Shown here: in pieces, positions 45,439 through 55,258 of the stretch
Layout of the letters: every line of letters starts with the position of its first letter
How positions within the stretch are numbered: position 1 is the stretch's first letter
Virus record (IMG/VR): IMGVR_UViG_3300047321_000100
Direction: 5' to 3' (one strand)
Length of the DNA stretch: 64,000 nt
Origin: an uncultured virus (IMG/VR IMGVR_UViG_3300047321_000100)
Taxonomy: Duplodnaviria > Heunggongvirae > Uroviricota > Caudoviricetes
Translations under genes and position numbers: made by a program
Notes under the pieces: generated by a model
The model's database searches: none
What the model was told of the DNA's origin: nothing
Seen by the model: the letters and a program-made list of their open reading frames with translations, nothing else

Positions 45439-46325
45439 TGCGCACCCTTCAGCGTTTCGACCTCGGCGGCCAGTTCCTTGACGGCTTCTACGAGCAGCCC
45501 GACCAGGTTCCCGTATGCGACGGACAAATATCCGTCAGGGCCTGTCCTCACGGTCTCAGGAGCCACGCGCTGCACGTCCTGAGCGATCAGGCCCATGTGA
45601 CGGACGCCTTGCTCAATGTCCTTGCGGTTGTAGGTGACACCGTTGAGTTTCTTGACACGCGCGAGAGCGTTGTCGATGGTCTCGATGTTCGACTTCAGGC
45701 GCTTGTCAGAATAGGCGGTAACGTTTCCGGTTGCCGTGAAGTTGCCCGATACATCGGACACCCATCTTGCCAGAGAGCGCCCATTGTCGAAAAGGCCAAA
45801 GGTCGCATCTACCTGATGCATGAACAGCGAGCAGTTATTGGCGTTGTTGACAAAATTCACCAACGTCTGATCTGCAAGAGAGGTATTTCCAACGGTTAGC
45901 GGCGACGGAATGATTGCAGACGGAAGAGACGAAGAGAGCGGGTTCAATATGCCGACATCGACCTCAGATAGGCCGCTATCGAGATTGCCGCCCGAATCCC
46001 ATGTCACCGTAACCGTGGTGAGAGAGGTGTAAGCCGAAGTCTTTATCGTGCCGTAGGCAACGCCGGCCGTGACAGTTGCCTTCACGCGGCGGCCGACTGA
46101 ATAGATCGAGGTCTGGTTTCCGGCCACGGTGAACTGCGTGCCGCTGACATAAGTTGGCGTGAGCCCATAATTCAGCCATTCAGGCGCTTGAAACCACGTC
46201 GCGACATCCGCCATCATCTGGCGCGCGGAATCGTTGACCGTTGACGGCGGTTGACCTTCAGCCCAATCTATTGCACCGGCTGATGCATTGTTCGCCGGCG
46301 TCGTTGACCATTGGTAGAGTGGCAT
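45435..46325 (-). CDS. Tail fibre with C-terminal peptidase S74 intramolecular chaperone
   Basis: AYSDKRLKSNI...GLIAQDV...VAYGNL..LLVEAVKEL. Confidence 0.85.
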   Translation of the reverse strand: MPLYQWSTTPANNASAGAIDWAEGQPPSTVNDSARQMMADVATWFQAPEWLNYGLTPTYVSGTQFTVAGNQTSIYSVGRRVKATVTAGVAYGTIKTSAYTSLTTVTVTWDSGGNLDSGLSEVDVGILNPLSSSLPSAIIPSPLTVGNTSLADQTLVNFVNNANNCSLFMHQVDATFGLFDNGRSLARWVSDVSGNFTATGNVTAYSDKRLKSNIETIDNALARVKKLNGVTYNRKDIEQGVRHMGLIAQDVQRVAPETVRTGPDGYLSVAYGNLVGLLVEAVKELAAEVETLKGAQ

Positions 46326-46345
46326 TTGGTTTCACCTATATAATG

Positions 46346-46369
46346 AAAAACCCCGCGCTCGGCGGGGTT
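46346..46369 (-). terminator. Intrinsic terminator after the ejection genes
   Basis: aaccccgc-cgagc-gcggggtt + T run on the minus strand. Confidence 0.7.
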
Positions 46370-46393
46370 CGGGTCATTCGGGAGACGGCGTTT

Positions 46394-46588
46394 ATGAGTT
46401 CGGATCAGTGGCAGCGCATGATCGCAACGGTGGTCGTTTGTACGATCCCATCACTGCGTTCCTTGTTGCGACATCGCGCCGAGAAGGCCAGGAGCGAGGG
46501 GCGCAAGCCGGTTGGTTATCGCATTGCCTACCGCCTGGGCGCCCGCTGGGCGGCTCATAAGAAGGCCCTGAACCGCTCGCTGTCCTAG
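46394..46588 (+). CDS. Small antisense protein at the end of the ejection genes
   Basis: GGAG RBS; N-terminal hydrophobic segment, basic tail. Confidence 0.4.
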   Translation: MSSDQWQRMIATVVVCTIPSLRSLLRHRAEKARSEGRKPVGYRIAYRLGARWAAHKKALNRSLS

Positions 46589-48193
46589 CGGCGTATAGGC
46601 GAGCGCCGGAGCCGCTGCTGCATAGGTCCACGGACTGAGCAGCATCCCTGGATGAGAGAACAGCGCACCGATCGCCCCGGCTGTCCCTAGACGACCTGCC
46701 GTGCCGCTATCCGGGTATCCCTTCCCGAGAACGCCCATCGCATCCTGAGAGAAGTCTTGCATCAATGCATTTCCCGTTGCGGACGCACCCTTCCCGACTG
46801 ACTTGTCTGCGCTGCGCACCGCGCTTTGCAATTGCGCCGGCGTGAAGATTCCACCATTGTTCATCGCGCCGGTAGAGGCCGCCGCGCCGCGCAGACGCAC
46901 GTAGTTCGCATAGGCTGAGTTTGCGTTTGCCAGATCGTTGACGGCGGCCGGAGCGTTGTACCGCGGCAGCGAATTGTCGATAGCGCTCTTGATTTCGCCC
47001 ACTGCGGCGCCGAGCTGGCGATTGTCGAACGATGCGTCGCCGGAATAACCGCGAGCAATACGGGAAAGCTCGCTTTGCGTGCCCTTCAGCGTCGGACCAT
47101 CCATCAAACCTTGTGGGCCGAGTTTGCCAAATACCTGCGTTTGCAGGACGTTTCTGAACGTCTGCTGTTGCGCTGGCGGGAGGTTTTGAGCCAAGCCGGC
47201 CAGATTCGTGATGTCAGCCTGAAACGCTGGGTCGGTCGCGCGAAACGACATGTTAGACAGCGCATTGTCGTAAGCGTCGCCAATTGTCTGGCGGACCGCA
47301 TTCACTCCTTCCTGACCAACCGGCCCTGAATACTTCTGACCGAGCGGCGCAAGCACCTGATCGTAGGTCGCCTTGTTGAAGCTCTGGACGCCGCGCTGTT
47401 GTGCACCCTTGATCATGTCGCCAACAAGCGGAAGGCTCGACATCTTGTTTTCGAGAGTCTGCCATCCGCCGCCTGCCACCTGTCCAGGCGTCATTGTGAC
47501 CCCGGACTGCGCGAGACGCTGGCGGACTGGATCTGTCACGCCGCTGATTGCGCTGCCGAGAGCCACTGTGACGGGAGTTACAGCGCCGCCGATAGCGGCG
47601 TTCGTCCCGACCTGGCTGAGTTTCTGCGACCAGAAGTCATTGCCGCCGCCCGGAGTCTGCTGAACGTTTTCGACGGGTGATACTGCGCCGCTTGCTGCTC
47701 CGAGGCCTGCGCCGGTCGCCACGCGTCCCATCAGACCCATGCCGCTGACTTCTGGAGCTACAAGCGCGAGTGGCGCCGTGGCCGCGGCCATTCCGCCGAT
47801 ATTTCCCGCGCCGGCGACAATCGGATGAGCAGCTGAGTAAGGCGCATAGTCGGCGTTCCCGCGCGCAATGCCCTGCTCTGCGTCATGCGCGAGCCACGGA
47901 CCAACCGTGTCAGAGCCGAGCGCCGTCAGGCCACGTCCAAGCAACTGCTGTGCGCCTAATGCAGTCTGCTGAACGCCATGGCCGAGCCCCGCGCCGAGAG
48001 ACGCGAGCATCCCGGGTTGCCCGGCAGCGGTTTTAGGTGCTGCGGCTCCCGTGCCGCCCGCTGCCGACGCCGGGACCTGGTTAGCGCTGCCAGCTGCAGC
48101 GTCGGCGGCAAACTGGTCAGCGAGTGAGACAGACTGAGCCGGGGCCGCGCCTGCTGCTGTTGCATCTGCGGTGAACTGGTCAGCGAGATTCAT
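46451..48193 (-). CDS. Ejection protein
   Basis: A/G-rich, TPGQ, YPDSGTAGR motifs; position. Confidence 0.7.
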   Translation of the reverse strand: MNLADQFTADATAAGAAPAQSVSLADQFAADAAAGSANQVPASAAGGTGAAAPKTAAGQPGMLASLGAGLGHGVQQTALGAQQLLGRGLTALGSDTVGPWLAHDAEQGIARGNADYAPYSAAHPIVAGAGNIGGMAAATAPLALVAPEVSGMGLMGRVATGAGLGAASGAVSPVENVQQTPGGGNDFWSQKLSQVGTNAAIGGAVTPVTVALGSAISGVTDPVRQRLAQSGVTMTPGQVAGGGWQTLENKMSSLPLVGDMIKGAQQRGVQSFNKATYDQVLAPLGQKYSGPVGQEGVNAVRQTIGDAYDNALSNMSFRATDPAFQADITNLAGLAQNLPPAQQQTFRNVLQTQVFGKLGPQGLMDGPTLKGTQSELSRIARGYSGDASFDNRQLGAAVGEIKSAIDNSLPRYNAPAAVNDLANANSAYANYVRLRGAAASTGAMNNGGIFTPAQLQSAVRSADKSVGKGASATGNALMQDFSQDAMGVLGKGYPDSGTAGRLGTAGAIGALFSHPGMLLSPWTYAAAAPALAYTPLGQRAVQGLLMSRPAGAQAVGNAITNRLAPLAPGLLGAMSQQGTQ

Positions 48194-50067
48194 CGAAACG
48201 CTCCAAGTTGCTCAAGCGCCTGGATTTTCTGCCCGAATTTCGGGTCCTGCTTCAGCACCTTCGCCGCGAACTGCTGACGCGCTGCTGGGTCTTGAATCGA
48301 CTGATATTCCCAGATGCGCGGGTCGGCATTCTTGTCGAATGTCGATTCGGCTTTCGTGTAGCCAGCCGGGTCATTGCTGTTGGCAAATTGCTGGAGCACG
48401 CCGGTTTTCGCCTGCACCATCTGGTACTGGCCGCTCAGATTGCGCACAGCCTCCTGAATCGCCGGAACGGTCATATGGGCGTTCGGATTGCCTGCCGAAA
48501 TGATCGATCGAGCTGCATCCGTTCCCAATCCACCCTGACCCAGCTTCGCGATAATCTGGTTGCTGTACTTGTCGAGCAGATCGGTCGCCGTCTTGGCATC
48601 CTGAGCACCCGGCACGCCCACGAGAGAGAGCAGACCGTTCATGTAGGCGCGGCGATCCGCTTCCGCCCCTGTAATTGCCTGCGGCGCCAGTTGTGCGATG
48701 TTCTGCAACTGTGAAACGACCGTTTGCGCCGACGTGTTTTGATCGCGCAGTGAGGTCCAGCGATCCTGCATCTGCTTAACCTGGCCATTGGCGAATTGCT
48801 GGGCACCCATCGGAGGGGCTGCGTAAATCTGGCCGCCAGAAGGCTGAGGAACCGATCCACCCCTAAAGACAGCGGCCGGCCCGTTTTCATGCAGCATGAT
48901 CCCGGTTGAGATAGCCTGGCGCACGGCCGGGTTCGACAGATCGATCGGCTGGGTAGGATTGATGCCGAGACGTTGAGACACGTCCTGAATGTATGCCTGC
49001 GTGTTGTTCTCGTTCGGAGGCGCCCACTTGGAGATCACGCCGGTTAGCGTATTCACTCCCTGCTTGCCATAGCTCGCAAGATTGGCGTCCATCTGCTGCA
49101 AGCCGGTTTGCATGTCGGGATACTGGGCCAGCTTCCCGCCAGGCATCATCGCGCCAGGGTTGTTGTTGCGCAAAGGCGCCGGCAGTTCTCCAGTCGCAGC
49201 CGCGGTGCGGTTCGTTACCGGCAACGGATTGCCCTGCGCATCGACACCGGCATACGGCAGCGCGGAGCCTTCGCCGGCCGTCTTGGCTGCTGCCATCTGC
49301 GAAGTGATGTCCGCAGCGCCTGCAATCGGACGGATGCCAATCACATTGCCGCTCGCATCGAACGTCGGCGTGCCGCCAGTCGGAATCTGCGGATTGAACG
49401 CCATCGGCTGCATCGTGAGCGGATCGCGCAGGATCGCACCAGGACGTGCGTTGACCGGGGCGATGTAATTCGCCTTGTTCACGCCGGCCGCATTCGCCGC
49501 CTGAATCTGATCGGGCGACATGCCACCCTGCACACCCATTTTCGTAATGTCGGTGGGCATCTGCGCAGCCAGTGACGGGTCATGCTCGACCGCAATTCGC
49601 ATCAGGTCGCCGCCGCCCTGCATGCCGGCCATGTTCATCAGCATGCCCTGCTGGAACAGTTGCTGCGGGGACTTGCCATAGATGCTACCGGCAGCCTGCG
49701 GAGCGGCTTGCGGTGCTGCGGTAGGTGCCATGCTGCCCATGCCCGCAGACAGTCCAGACATCGGTCCAGTATTCGCTGCACCCATTACCGGCGAACCTTG
49801 CGCGCCGGAAGGCTGCGCTACAGGACCACCCATAAGCCCCTGCATTGCCTGCATCTGCAATAGCTGCTTCTGGAGCCCATATGCATTGCCAGCATTCTGT
49901 TGCATGCCTTGCATGCCTGCTCCCAGCGCCTGACCCATTGAGACAGGAATGCGCGACGGGCCGGCCGCCGAGAGCAGTCCTTGCGACATACCGAGCAGAC
50001 CCGCCATCTGCGGATTGGCGTACATCCCCATCAGGCCGCCATCGCCGCCACCATCAAACAGAGCCAT
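48190..50067 (-). CDS. Ejection protein with internal lysozyme-like domain
   Basis: LRNNNPG...ISKWAPPNENNTQAY...HENG. Confidence 0.7.
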   Translation of the reverse strand: MALFDGGGDGGLMGMYANPQMAGLLGMSQGLLSAAGPSRIPVSMGQALGAGMQGMQQNAGNAYGLQKQLLQMQAMQGLMGGPVAQPSGAQGSPVMGAANTGPMSGLSAGMGSMAPTAAPQAAPQAAGSIYGKSPQQLFQQGMLMNMAGMQGGGDLMRIAVEHDPSLAAQMPTDITKMGVQGGMSPDQIQAANAAGVNKANYIAPVNARPGAILRDPLTMQPMAFNPQIPTGGTPTFDASGNVIGIRPIAGAADITSQMAAAKTAGEGSALPYAGVDAQGNPLPVTNRTAAATGELPAPLRNNNPGAMMPGGKLAQYPDMQTGLQQMDANLASYGKQGVNTLTGVISKWAPPNENNTQAYIQDVSQRLGINPTQPIDLSNPAVRQAISTGIMLHENGPAAVFRGGSVPQPSGGQIYAAPPMGAQQFANGQVKQMQDRWTSLRDQNTSAQTVVSQLQNIAQLAPQAITGAEADRRAYMNGLLSLVGVPGAQDAKTATDLLDKYSNQIIAKLGQGGLGTDAARSIISAGNPNAHMTVPAIQEAVRNLSGQYQMVQAKTGVLQQFANSNDPAGYTKAESTFDKNADPRIWEYQSIQDPAARQQFAAKVLKQDPKFGQKIQALEQLGAFR

Positions 50068-51121
50068 ATGCGCTCCCGAATCCGAAGGGGTTAGTAGCAC
50101 CGTTGAAGTTCGCGTAGGACATCGACGGGCCGAGTTGCTGCGGCTGTCTGGGGGCATTGCCGAATCGGTTCTGGCCGAAATTCGGCGTCTGCGCTACGAC
50201 CTGCGGCTGCTGTTGTTGCTGTTGCATCTGGTTGCGCATCTGCATGAGACGCTGCGCCTGATTCACCGTGTTGCCGTTCAGGCTGAAACCGCCCATCGTC
50301 GATCCGCCCATCGGCGCCGCGCCAGCCACGTCACCCGAGATACCGCCGCCGAGCGCGCCGCTCGCAGTTCCAGACATGCCACCACCAGGCAGCAGACCGC
50401 TAAACATGCCAGTCGGAGCCGATCCCAATGCATTGCCCAGATCCGCCGCCATTGCGCCGCCAAGGCCGGAGCCCCCCGCACCCACAGCGCCAGCCATGCC
50501 GGCATCGCCGACCGCTGCGGGCCCAGCAAATAGCCCGGTCAATCCGGTTGCGCCTCCAGTTGCTCCAGAAGCCGCGCCGACGCCTGAGCCTACGCCCGCG
50601 CCGTTCATGCCGCCCATGCCGAACAGGCCATACAGACCTTGCCCCGTGGAAGTACCCATGCCCGCGCCAGCCATGCCAGCAGTAGAGCTTCCAAGCCCGG
50701 CACCGACGCCGCTTCCAGCAGAGCCCGCAGCGCCAGCAGCGCCTGATGCAACGTCAGCGCCGGCGCCCGCAGCACCACCGGCCGCGCCTCCAGCGCTGCC
50801 GAATGCAGCGCCGATGCCCGGCGCCGCGTAGTAGCCAGCGATCATCGGTGCGATCTTGTCGGCGATCGAGTTAATCCCGGAGAACTGATTCAGCGCTGCC
50901 GCATCGCCCGGATTGCGGTTGTACATGTCCTGCCATGCGCTCGACGTGAAATTCCCTGTCGGGCTCAGCATTGCGCCACCAGGCTTGTTGTTGAACAGGC
51001 CGCCGAAGAACGGGTCGTAGCCCGGCACTCCGACCGCAGCGCCGAGCGTCTGCAACGGATGAGCAGCAAGTTCTCCGATCGAATCCTTGGCGAAGTCGAA
51101 AACGTTACCGAATAAGGACAT
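50054..51121 (-). CDS. Gly/Ala-rich virion (ejection-type) protein
   Basis: Long G/A/M low-complexity core; overlaps both neighbours. Confidence 0.65.
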   Translation of the reverse strand: MSLFGNVFDFAKDSIGELAAHPLQTLGAAVGVPGYDPFFGGLFNNKPGGAMLSPTGNFTSSAWQDMYNRNPGDAAALNQFSGINSIADKIAPMIAGYYAAPGIGAAFGSAGGAAGGAAGAGADVASGAAGAAGSAGSGVGAGLGSSTAGMAGAGMGTSTGQGLYGLFGMGGMNGAGVGSGVGAASGATGGATGLTGLFAGPAAVGDAGMAGAVGAGGSGLGGAMAADLGNALGSAPTGMFSGLLPGGGMSGTASGALGGGISGDVAGAAPMGGSTMGGFSLNGNTVNQAQRLMQMRNQMQQQQQQPQVVAQTPNFGQNRFGNAPRQPQQLGPSMSYANFNGATNPFGFGSAYGSV

Positions 51122-52328
51122 GTGCGCCTCCGATAGCGTCGTAGTTCACCTTGTCGAAGCCGCTTGCGTCGCGCTCCACCGCCTCCGGTGCCATCTTGCG
51201 AACGTCGTCCGACATGACGCCAACACGACGCACGTGCGAGGCATCCCACAGATAGCGGTAGCGGTATAGCGGCAGACCGTTTTCGAGGCTTTCGCCGGTC
51301 GGCTCGATGTCGCTCTTCAGGCGTCGATCAGAATAGGCACCCATCGCACCGCCGAGCAGAGCACCAGCACCCGCCCCATAGTTCGAGCCGCTACTGAGCA
51401 TGCTGCCGAGTGCCGCACCGCCCATTGCTCCGCCCATCGCGCCAGCCATCTGGTTCGTGTAGTACGGTTGCTGCGTGGAGGTTTGACCGCCGTACTGACC
51501 TTGGATCAGGTTCGAATAGTTGTTCAGCAACTGCCATGGCGCGTTGATCTGCGACTGGTTGAGCGCCTGCTGGTTGCCGCCCATGTTGTACAGGTTGGAG
51601 ATCGCACCGTTGATCGAGTTGACGACGTTCGGAGCGTTCGCAGCACCAGCCAGTTGCTGTTGGGCGGCCGTGTTGTAATTGCTCGACAGACCTTGTGCGC
51701 CCTGCAACTGGTTCGCCATGTTCGTCTGATACATTCCGCCGTACAGGTTGTTCATGGAGTTGCCGAGCTGCGTGGCAAGGTTCTGCTGGTTCTGGCTCTG
51801 CGCGTTCATCATCGCGCCTGAACCATACCGACCTGCGCCTTCCATCTGGCTCGTCGTCTGTGGAGCAGTCGCGGTCTGGTAGTTCCGCGTGATCGAATCC
51901 GCCGCGGCGTTCGCCATGCCCTGCATGTACGGGTTGTTGTTCATCGACCCGTTAGCGAACTGGCTGAAAGCAGCGTTACCTGGGTTGCTGTTCAGGTAGT
52001 CGCCATTGACGAGATTCGTCGTGTAGTTGCCTGCAGCATTGTTGACCGCCGAGGCGTTACCCGCATTCGTTCCGTTCGCGATGCTCTGCGTGAGACCCAT
52101 CGCCTGCTGCTGCTGAGGCGTGAAGCCTGCCACGGATGACGAGGGATCGTTTGCATACTGGTTATATGCGTTCTGCGCACCGCCAAAGACGCTTTGCAGG
52201 TAAGGTTGCTGACCAGACCACGGATCGCTTTTCGTGACCGTCGAAGTCTGTCCACCGCCGCCCCCATTAGCAGGGATCGACGGCAGCCCCTGACGCATCA
52301 GGTGCACTTGCCGAGGATTGCGAATCAC
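51105..52328 (-). CDS. gp7-like ejection protein with C-terminal peptidase S74 domain
   Basis: GGGGGQTSTV..PW..QQPYL, NPYM, AGRYGSG; AYSDRRLKSDI...GVMSDDV...VNY. Confidence 0.75.
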   Translation of the reverse strand: MIRNPRQVHLMRQGLPSIPANGGGGGQTSTVTKSDPWSGQQPYLQSVFGGAQNAYNQYANDPSSSVAGFTPQQQQAMGLTQSIANGTNAGNASAVNNAAGNYTTNLVNGDYLNSNPGNAAFSQFANGSMNNNPYMQGMANAAADSITRNYQTATAPQTTSQMEGAGRYGSGAMMNAQSQNQQNLATQLGNSMNNLYGGMYQTNMANQLQGAQGLSSNYNTAAQQQLAGAANAPNVVNSINGAISNLYNMGGNQQALNQSQINAPWQLLNNYSNLIQGQYGGQTSTQQPYYTNQMAGAMGGAMGGAALGSMLSSGSNYGAGAGALLGGAMGAYSDRRLKSDIEPTGESLENGLPLYRYRYLWDASHVRRVGVMSDDVRKMAPEAVERDASGFDKVNYDAIGGAHVLIR

Positions 52329-52723
52329 AGTCGCTTCTCCAGATAAACGTGGGTCTTGTCGTATTCAGGTAGCGCTTTCTCCCACCCCGGCCGCGCCTGA
52401 AGTTCCATTGCGTCGCAGCCTTGAGCCTTGGCCCAGCGCTCGATCTGCGATACACATTCCTTTTCCCACTCGCGTCTGTTCCTGCCCGTCACGATGCGAA
52501 TCGTGCAGACACGTTGTTTCGGGTAATTCGTGATGCGGGTTATGCCCACCGCGTAAGCCGTAGGGCTGCGCCAGATCCAGAGCTGGTCGTCGCGCTCCAG
52601 AAGTCCACGCCGGATGTCGTTCTCATCAAACTTCCCGCGCGATGTTCTGCAGGCAGCAGCGATCCACGGACGAACTTCGTCCCACACGTCGTTGATGACG
52701 TGTGCCGGTATGCCGTAGAGCAT
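52325..52723 (-). CDS. GNAT-like virion morphogenesis protein
   Basis: IERWAKAQGC...RPGW; gp14-like position. Confidence 0.6.
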   Translation of the reverse strand: MLYGIPAHVINDVWDEVRPWIAAACRTSRGKFDENDIRRGLLERDDQLWIWRSPTAYAVGITRITNYPKQRVCTIRIVTGRNRREWEKECVSQIERWAKAQGCDAMELQARPGWEKALPEYDKTHVYLEKRL

Positions 52724-52728
52724 GGAAT

Positions 52729-53061
52729 TCAGCCGATGAGAAGAACGTCGAAGGTCTGGTCTGCATTGGCGCTGCTCGCGTGCATGAGCGTCGCCTGACC
52801 ATTCTTTTTTTGGCCAACGTATAGGCCAGATATCTGTGCCGTCACAGCGTTGGCCGTGCGCGGAGAAAAGCCGATAAAAGTAGTTGCGCCGATTCGCGCG
52901 TCAATGACGGTGGTTGTGGTCGATCCCGGCGTCAATGTGACCTGTGTAACTGCATTGACCTTTCCCTGCATGGCCAGATTTGCGGTCTGCGCGATCTTTC
53001 GCCGGTGCTCGACATCATTTGTCAGCGTTTCCGGTGCGAGCGGGTAGCCTTTAATACTCAT
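52729..53061 (-). CDS. Virion protein following the tail hub
   Basis: GKVNA...VTL...TTV.DARIG. Confidence 0.6.
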   Translation of the reverse strand: MSIKGYPLAPETLTNDVEHRRKIAQTANLAMQGKVNAVTQVTLTPGSTTTTVIDARIGATTFIGFSPRTANAVTAQISGLYVGQKKNGQATLMHASSANADQTFDVLLIG

Positions 53062-54572
53062 CGCCGGCCCGTCGTGTGAATCTCCTGCTCAGGAACCTCA
53101 ATCCCCTGCAGGTTGGTGAAACTTCCCGTCGTCTGGATGCGCGCGCGCAAATATCGTGCATCGGCACGTACTGGGCACTCTCCGTTGTCATCGATCGAAC
53201 TGGCAGTCGTGAAAGTCGGCAAGTCGATCAGACGGTTGCGCATGCCGATCTGGACCGTAGGCGATCCGCCATCAACCATCGGACGAACGCTAGTCAGGAA
53301 AGCCCGTTTCCCGCTGCTGCCGAAAGGCTCAATCTCGACCGTATCTGCCGTAGCATTCGCCGGCGAGCCAGTGAAATAGGCCAGTCTGTGCTGCGGCGTG
53401 AAAGCACCCATCAGCACCTGTCCACCCGTCCACACACGCGAATCAAGCGAGAACGGCAGCGTATCCAGCGTATATCCAGTGCTGTCCAGCGAATCGAGCG
53501 AATAACCCTGCGTGATCGCGCGGAAGATATAGTCGGCGTTGACCTGCGCGAATCCCCACTTGTTGAGCGCCCAGTTATAGACGATCAGAGAATCGGGGAT
53601 ACCGCCCGGCGAACCATTTGACGGATACAGCCACATCACTAGGCGATTGAGCGGGTCTACCGCGCCGATCACGTTCTGGAGAAACGACGTGTTCACATTT
53701 GCCCAGAACGTCTTGTCAACTCGGTCCACGCCAATCGGCGTCGAGGTCGAGCCGTCGAACGCATAGAAGCCATCTTCACCGAGGTAATAGACGAGCGCTC
53801 CGAGTTGCGCGAGACTCTTGGGTGCTGGCGTGCCGCGGACACCTTCACACGGGTAGAACCCGAAGATCGTCGGCGATCCCTGATACACCACGCGCCAGAT
53901 CGCGCGCTCGAAGAAGATCGCGCCGTCAGACGTGCCTAGGTTACCGACCATGCCCATGATCCAACCCTGATCGCCGGGGATAATCTGCGAGCCGGAGAGC
54001 AACTGCGCTTCTGTCACGCTTCCTTCAGCCGGCCAGGTCGTCGGATCGTCAATCGCGCACCATTGAACACGCTGGGGCTGTTGCCCATTCGTGCCGTCGA
54101 ACGTATTGCCGACCATTACCCAGTCGCGGATCGTCATGATGTAGCGCGCTTGAGGTGGGCTACCAGCGAGATCGGCGAACAGTGTGCTTGAGTTGAGAAC
54201 GTATGACTGAAGGTTCTGCCCTTGGGCGGCGGCGATCACGCGCTGACCGTATTGCGTGAAGTTCCATCGCTCACCTATCGGAAGCGTGTATCCGCCTCCT
54301 TTGCTGACGTTTGCGAACGCCGTATTGCCTGGCGCCAGAAGATAGAGCTTCGAAACATCCCCGGCAAACAGGTAGTTGTTTGCGCCAGTGTCAATCGCCA
54401 TCAATGCGCCAAGGCACTGAGAGGCCAGCCCGTTCGAACTGAAGTTAGACAGGGTTCCAACCGGCCCCCATGATTCTTTCGTGCGCGGGAACAGGTTCAC
54501 CACATTCGCAGATGCGCCGCTCGAATTGTTCGGCGGCAGATCCGGCGCGTAATCGGCGATCGGAAGTTGCAT
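53058..54572 (-). CDS. Tail hub/nozzle (beta-propeller-type)
   Basis: YAPDLP, WNFTQYG, RVQWC.IDDP..W; position. Confidence 0.7.
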   Translation of the reverse strand: MQLPIADYAPDLPPNNSSGASANVVNLFPRTKESWGPVGTLSNFSSNGLASQCLGALMAIDTGANNYLFAGDVSKLYLLAPGNTAFANVSKGGGYTLPIGERWNFTQYGQRVIAAAQGQNLQSYVLNSSTLFADLAGSPPQARYIMTIRDWVMVGNTFDGTNGQQPQRVQWCAIDDPTTWPAEGSVTEAQLLSGSQIIPGDQGWIMGMVGNLGTSDGAIFFERAIWRVVYQGSPTIFGFYPCEGVRGTPAPKSLAQLGALVYYLGEDGFYAFDGSTSTPIGVDRVDKTFWANVNTSFLQNVIGAVDPLNRLVMWLYPSNGSPGGIPDSLIVYNWALNKWGFAQVNADYIFRAITQGYSLDSLDSTGYTLDTLPFSLDSRVWTGGQVLMGAFTPQHRLAYFTGSPANATADTVEIEPFGSSGKRAFLTSVRPMVDGGSPTVQIGMRNRLIDLPTFTTASSIDDNGECPVRADARYLRARIQTTGSFTNLQGIEVPEQEIHTTGRR

Positions 54573-55255
54573 TATGCTGACACCATCGCGAGCGCCGAGC
54601 CGGACATATCCTCTGCGCGGTCAGTGAGGATGTAGCTCTGGATCTGCTGGTTGTAGAGCGAATCCCAGATTCCGTAAGCCTCCTGATCCTTGTTGAATCG
54701 CGCAGCGGCACGATTGGTTGCCGCAAGCATGATCGTCGGGATGGTGTTGACAATCCAGTTCGTGCTGTTCACCGCGGTCAACTGGAGTGCCTTTTTCCAG
54801 TAAATCCCGGTGATCGTGTAGCTCTGGTCCGGGTACGGGCCGAACACGAAATTGGCGCCCTGTCGCGCGATATACGCTGGCGTTCCAGAAGCAACCTGAG
54901 CCGGGTATTGCGTGTAGATGAACTCGGGGTTGACGCGCTGCAGTTCGAACGTGTTGCCGTTCAAAGATACAAGCGCGATCTTGAGCCCCAGATAGTCCGC
55001 AGGAACCGCAGCAGCGCCATTGGATACAGCAACGCTCAGGGAGGCTTCCATCGGACGCACACCACGTCCCTGATTGCCCGCAATGATGTCGCGATAGATG
55101 TCGGCCTCTGCAATCTGGATGAAATAGTCGATCCAGTTCCCGATGTCGGAACGCGCAAACCAGTCCTGAACGGCCTGCTTCAGCGAGTTGTAGTCGTAGA
55201 CGCCTGCGACGCCTGTTGGCGTACCGCTGCCTTGTGACGGGACGAAAATCGTCAT
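54572..55255 (-). CDS. Head-tail adaptor
   Basis: Y..LKQAV.DW..RSD, GTP..., GP.PD..Y, TNW. Confidence 0.7.
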   Translation of the reverse strand: MTIFVPSQGSGTPTGVAGVYDYNSLKQAVQDWFARSDIGNWIDYFIQIAEADIYRDIIAGNQGRGVRPMEASLSVAVSNGAAAVPADYLGLKIALVSLNGNTFELQRVNPEFIYTQYPAQVASGTPAYIARQGANFVFGPYPDQSYTITGIYWKKALQLTAVNSTNWIVNTIPTIMLAATNRAAARFNKDQEAYGIWDSLYNQQIQSYILTDRAEDMSGSALAMVSA

Positions 55256-55258
55256 GAC

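Noticed and set aside
50268..50831. Pro/Ala-rich + strand ORF
   Set aside because: Antisense reflection of the Gly/Ala-rich gene
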